Source: Gekko japonicus (Eukaryota). Taken from it: a stretch of 64,000 bases of DNA. The position numbers and the translations under genes are program-made. Location: assembly GCF_001447785.1 (NCBI RefSeq), contig NW_015164216.1:310001-374000 (forward strand). The letters run 5' to 3'. Each line of letters starts with the position of its first letter. Positions within the stretch are counted from its first letter, which is position 1. The notes beneath the pieces were generated by a model that was not told the origin of the DNA, did not search any database, and saw only the letters and a list, made by a program, of their open reading frames with translations. Shown piece by piece: positions 62,292-64,000 of this stretch.

Positions 62292-62322
62292 CCAGGTGTG
62301 AACAGCATGGATTCTCAAGTTG
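62292..62322 (+). CDS. PRPF40A: PRPF40A coding exon 4 (31-nt micro-exon, PGVNSMDSQV-G)
   Basis: Acceptor GATTTTCCACAG|, donor TTG|GTATGT. PGVNSMD matches human PRPF40A. Confidence 0.9.
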
Positions 62323-63242
62323 GTATGTATAAACAATTACTGTTTTGAATAGTTGTATTCAGAAAAGGTACAAGACTAAAGAGATTTTTCTAGTCACATT
62401 ATGAGTTAAAATTAATTTAGATGTCTTACAGGAATGTGAAACTATTCCTTTATTAGAAAAGAATCTCACATTTAAAAAATCTTGTGAATTAGCCTTCCTT
62501 CTGCAGCACTTCTTAGTTTCTTTCTCATATAGGTTTTGTAGTAGCAGTGCACACTCTGGCATAGCAGTCTTGAATCTTTCCATATCCAAAGCGCCTCCTC
62601 ATTAATCCACAGGTGGCAGAATGGTACTTGCTGAGATGCAAGTCATGTGACATCACAAGCATACAGGTCCTTCCAGAAAGCACACAAAAAGCTATAAAAA
62701 AAAATTATGACCTAGCAGGTGGGGTTCCCTAACTCATCTGAGGATCGTGACAGATGGGCTTAAGAACTCTGCCCTAGCAGAACCAAATGATTTTTTTCTC
62801 TCCCCAGAGTGGCATTCAGTTTAGTGATTCTTGCATGAAAAGCTGAAGATTCCTCAAAGTGTCAAAGTTGCTTAATTTTTTTAGAGAATTTTCTTTAGAT
62901 TCTTATCTTTTAGTTCAGAATCTGAGTAGCTGTTCTGGAGAAGTTATTGTCTCAATTAGTACTTGAGTAACTAGAAAATCTCTAAAAATACTTGAAATAT
63001 TCATTGCTCTGGTAGAATAAAAGGGTATTGTAAGGTGATGCAGCTAGATCTGTTCCTTTTACAAGAATATAAATCCATAATATAGTCTTCTCAAAATAAT
63101 TACTTCCAAGAATCTTGTGAGTTATAACATATAGATATCAGTATATTCTCAAGGACTAAAAGCCATTTGCACTACATTAAAGGAGGTACAACTGGATCTC
63201 TTTAGCTATGTTATCTAAAGTTTGGTTTTTCATATTTTGTAG

Positions 63243-63265
63243 GTTTAGCACCCCCTGGAACTCAG
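63243..63265 (+). CDS. PRPF40A: PRPF40A coding exon 5 (23-nt micro-exon, (G)LAPPGTQ); gene continues beyond window
   Basis: U-rich acceptor TTTTTCATATTTTGTAG|, strong donor CAG|GTAAGG. Phase 1 entry matches exon 4 and phase 0 is restored at exit. Resembles the ..PPGTQ segment I recall from non-mammalian PRPF40A. Confidence 0.75.
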
Positions 63266-64000
63266 GTAAGGAAGTAGCTTTTTTGTTTTGGTAATTTCTT
63301 GTTTCTGAAATGTTGGCCATTTCCTTCTCTGTATGTGTAATGGGGTGGAGAATATGCTTTCTCACACTTCACCTACCAGGAGTGCTTAGAGAATTTCTGT
63401 ATTTTGAAGCCATGGGAAAAGAACTGACCTTGTCCCATTTTTTTACCCAGAGGAAAAACGGAAATTCAAGGGAAATTGAAATATATACCTTATTTTCTTA
63501 ACAAAGCTAAAATTATTATAATGCATTAATAACAAAATTCATAGTTTAATAATATCAATGTGTACAATTTTACATATTTATGGAATTTTAAGTACATTAG
63601 TTTCTACCACCAAAATTGCAAAGATACCTAATACTTGAGGGGAAGAGAAGGAGCTGCAAACTGCTGCATCCAATGCTATTTCATCACAATTTTAATATTT
63701 GCCACCTGAGGTATGTAAAAGCTGAAATTAGAAAACAAATTTCTATAGTAAACAAAAAAGGGGTGTTTGAAACAATTGAATAGACCCAAAGTAGAACACC
63801 AGCATATTTAAGTATCAACTTAAACTCTGAAAACACTGATCAAACACAATATAGCATATTATTTGTTACCAGAATTATTCACGTTTCAGTAAGCGTTCTG
63901 TTTAAAATATGTTGTATATACTTACAGCCTACATAGGAATTATTGTAATCTAAATGCTGTTGATTGTTTTAAAGAAAAATCTTCATACTGTACATTCACA

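Noticed and set aside
62604-62620. CCACAGGTGGCAG as a second CTCF site
   Set aside because: One base short of the core spacing; could equally be an E-box.
62790-62970. Strong-looking acceptor TTTTTTTCTCTCCCCAG between the two micro-exons as a poison exon
   Set aside because: No convincing matching donor and no transcript evidence available.

Overview
Vertebrate genomic DNA, most likely a squamate and probably a gecko (inferred from the repeat content: Sauria SINE, Squam3-like tRNA SINE, 5S-derived SINE, RTE-BovB, CR1, L2). Two real genes sit head-to-head on a shared CpG-island promoter at about 49.65-51.05 kb. ARL6IP6 is on the minus strand with a complete 4-exon CDS (50020->46854, 205 aa). 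PRPF40A is on the plus strand; its first five coding exons run 50908-63265 and the gene continues past the window. I found no protein-coding gene in the first ~46 kb, which is dominated by nested transposons: hAT MITEs with 8-bp TSDs, a non-autonomous Helitron, solo LTRs, LINE fragments, SINEs and Penelope-type inverted repeats with hammerhead-like cores. It also holds local duplications, a strong CTCF motif and a few enhancer-like stretches. Almost all ORFs in the supplied track are spurious or transposon-derived. The most interesting candidates are: (i) the PRPF40A 5' end, with two in-frame GGN tracts, a Gly17 run and an overlapping Arg/Trp-rich uORF; (ii) a frame-coupled 31+23-nt micro-exon pair in PRPF40A; (iii) a TSD-flanked fold-back element with hammerhead-like motifs; (iv) a triple transposon nest containing a Helitron; (v) a templated insertion between two SINE loci. 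None is shown to be a new system from sequence alone. Gene and repeat-family identifications rest on remembered sequences, not on a database search.
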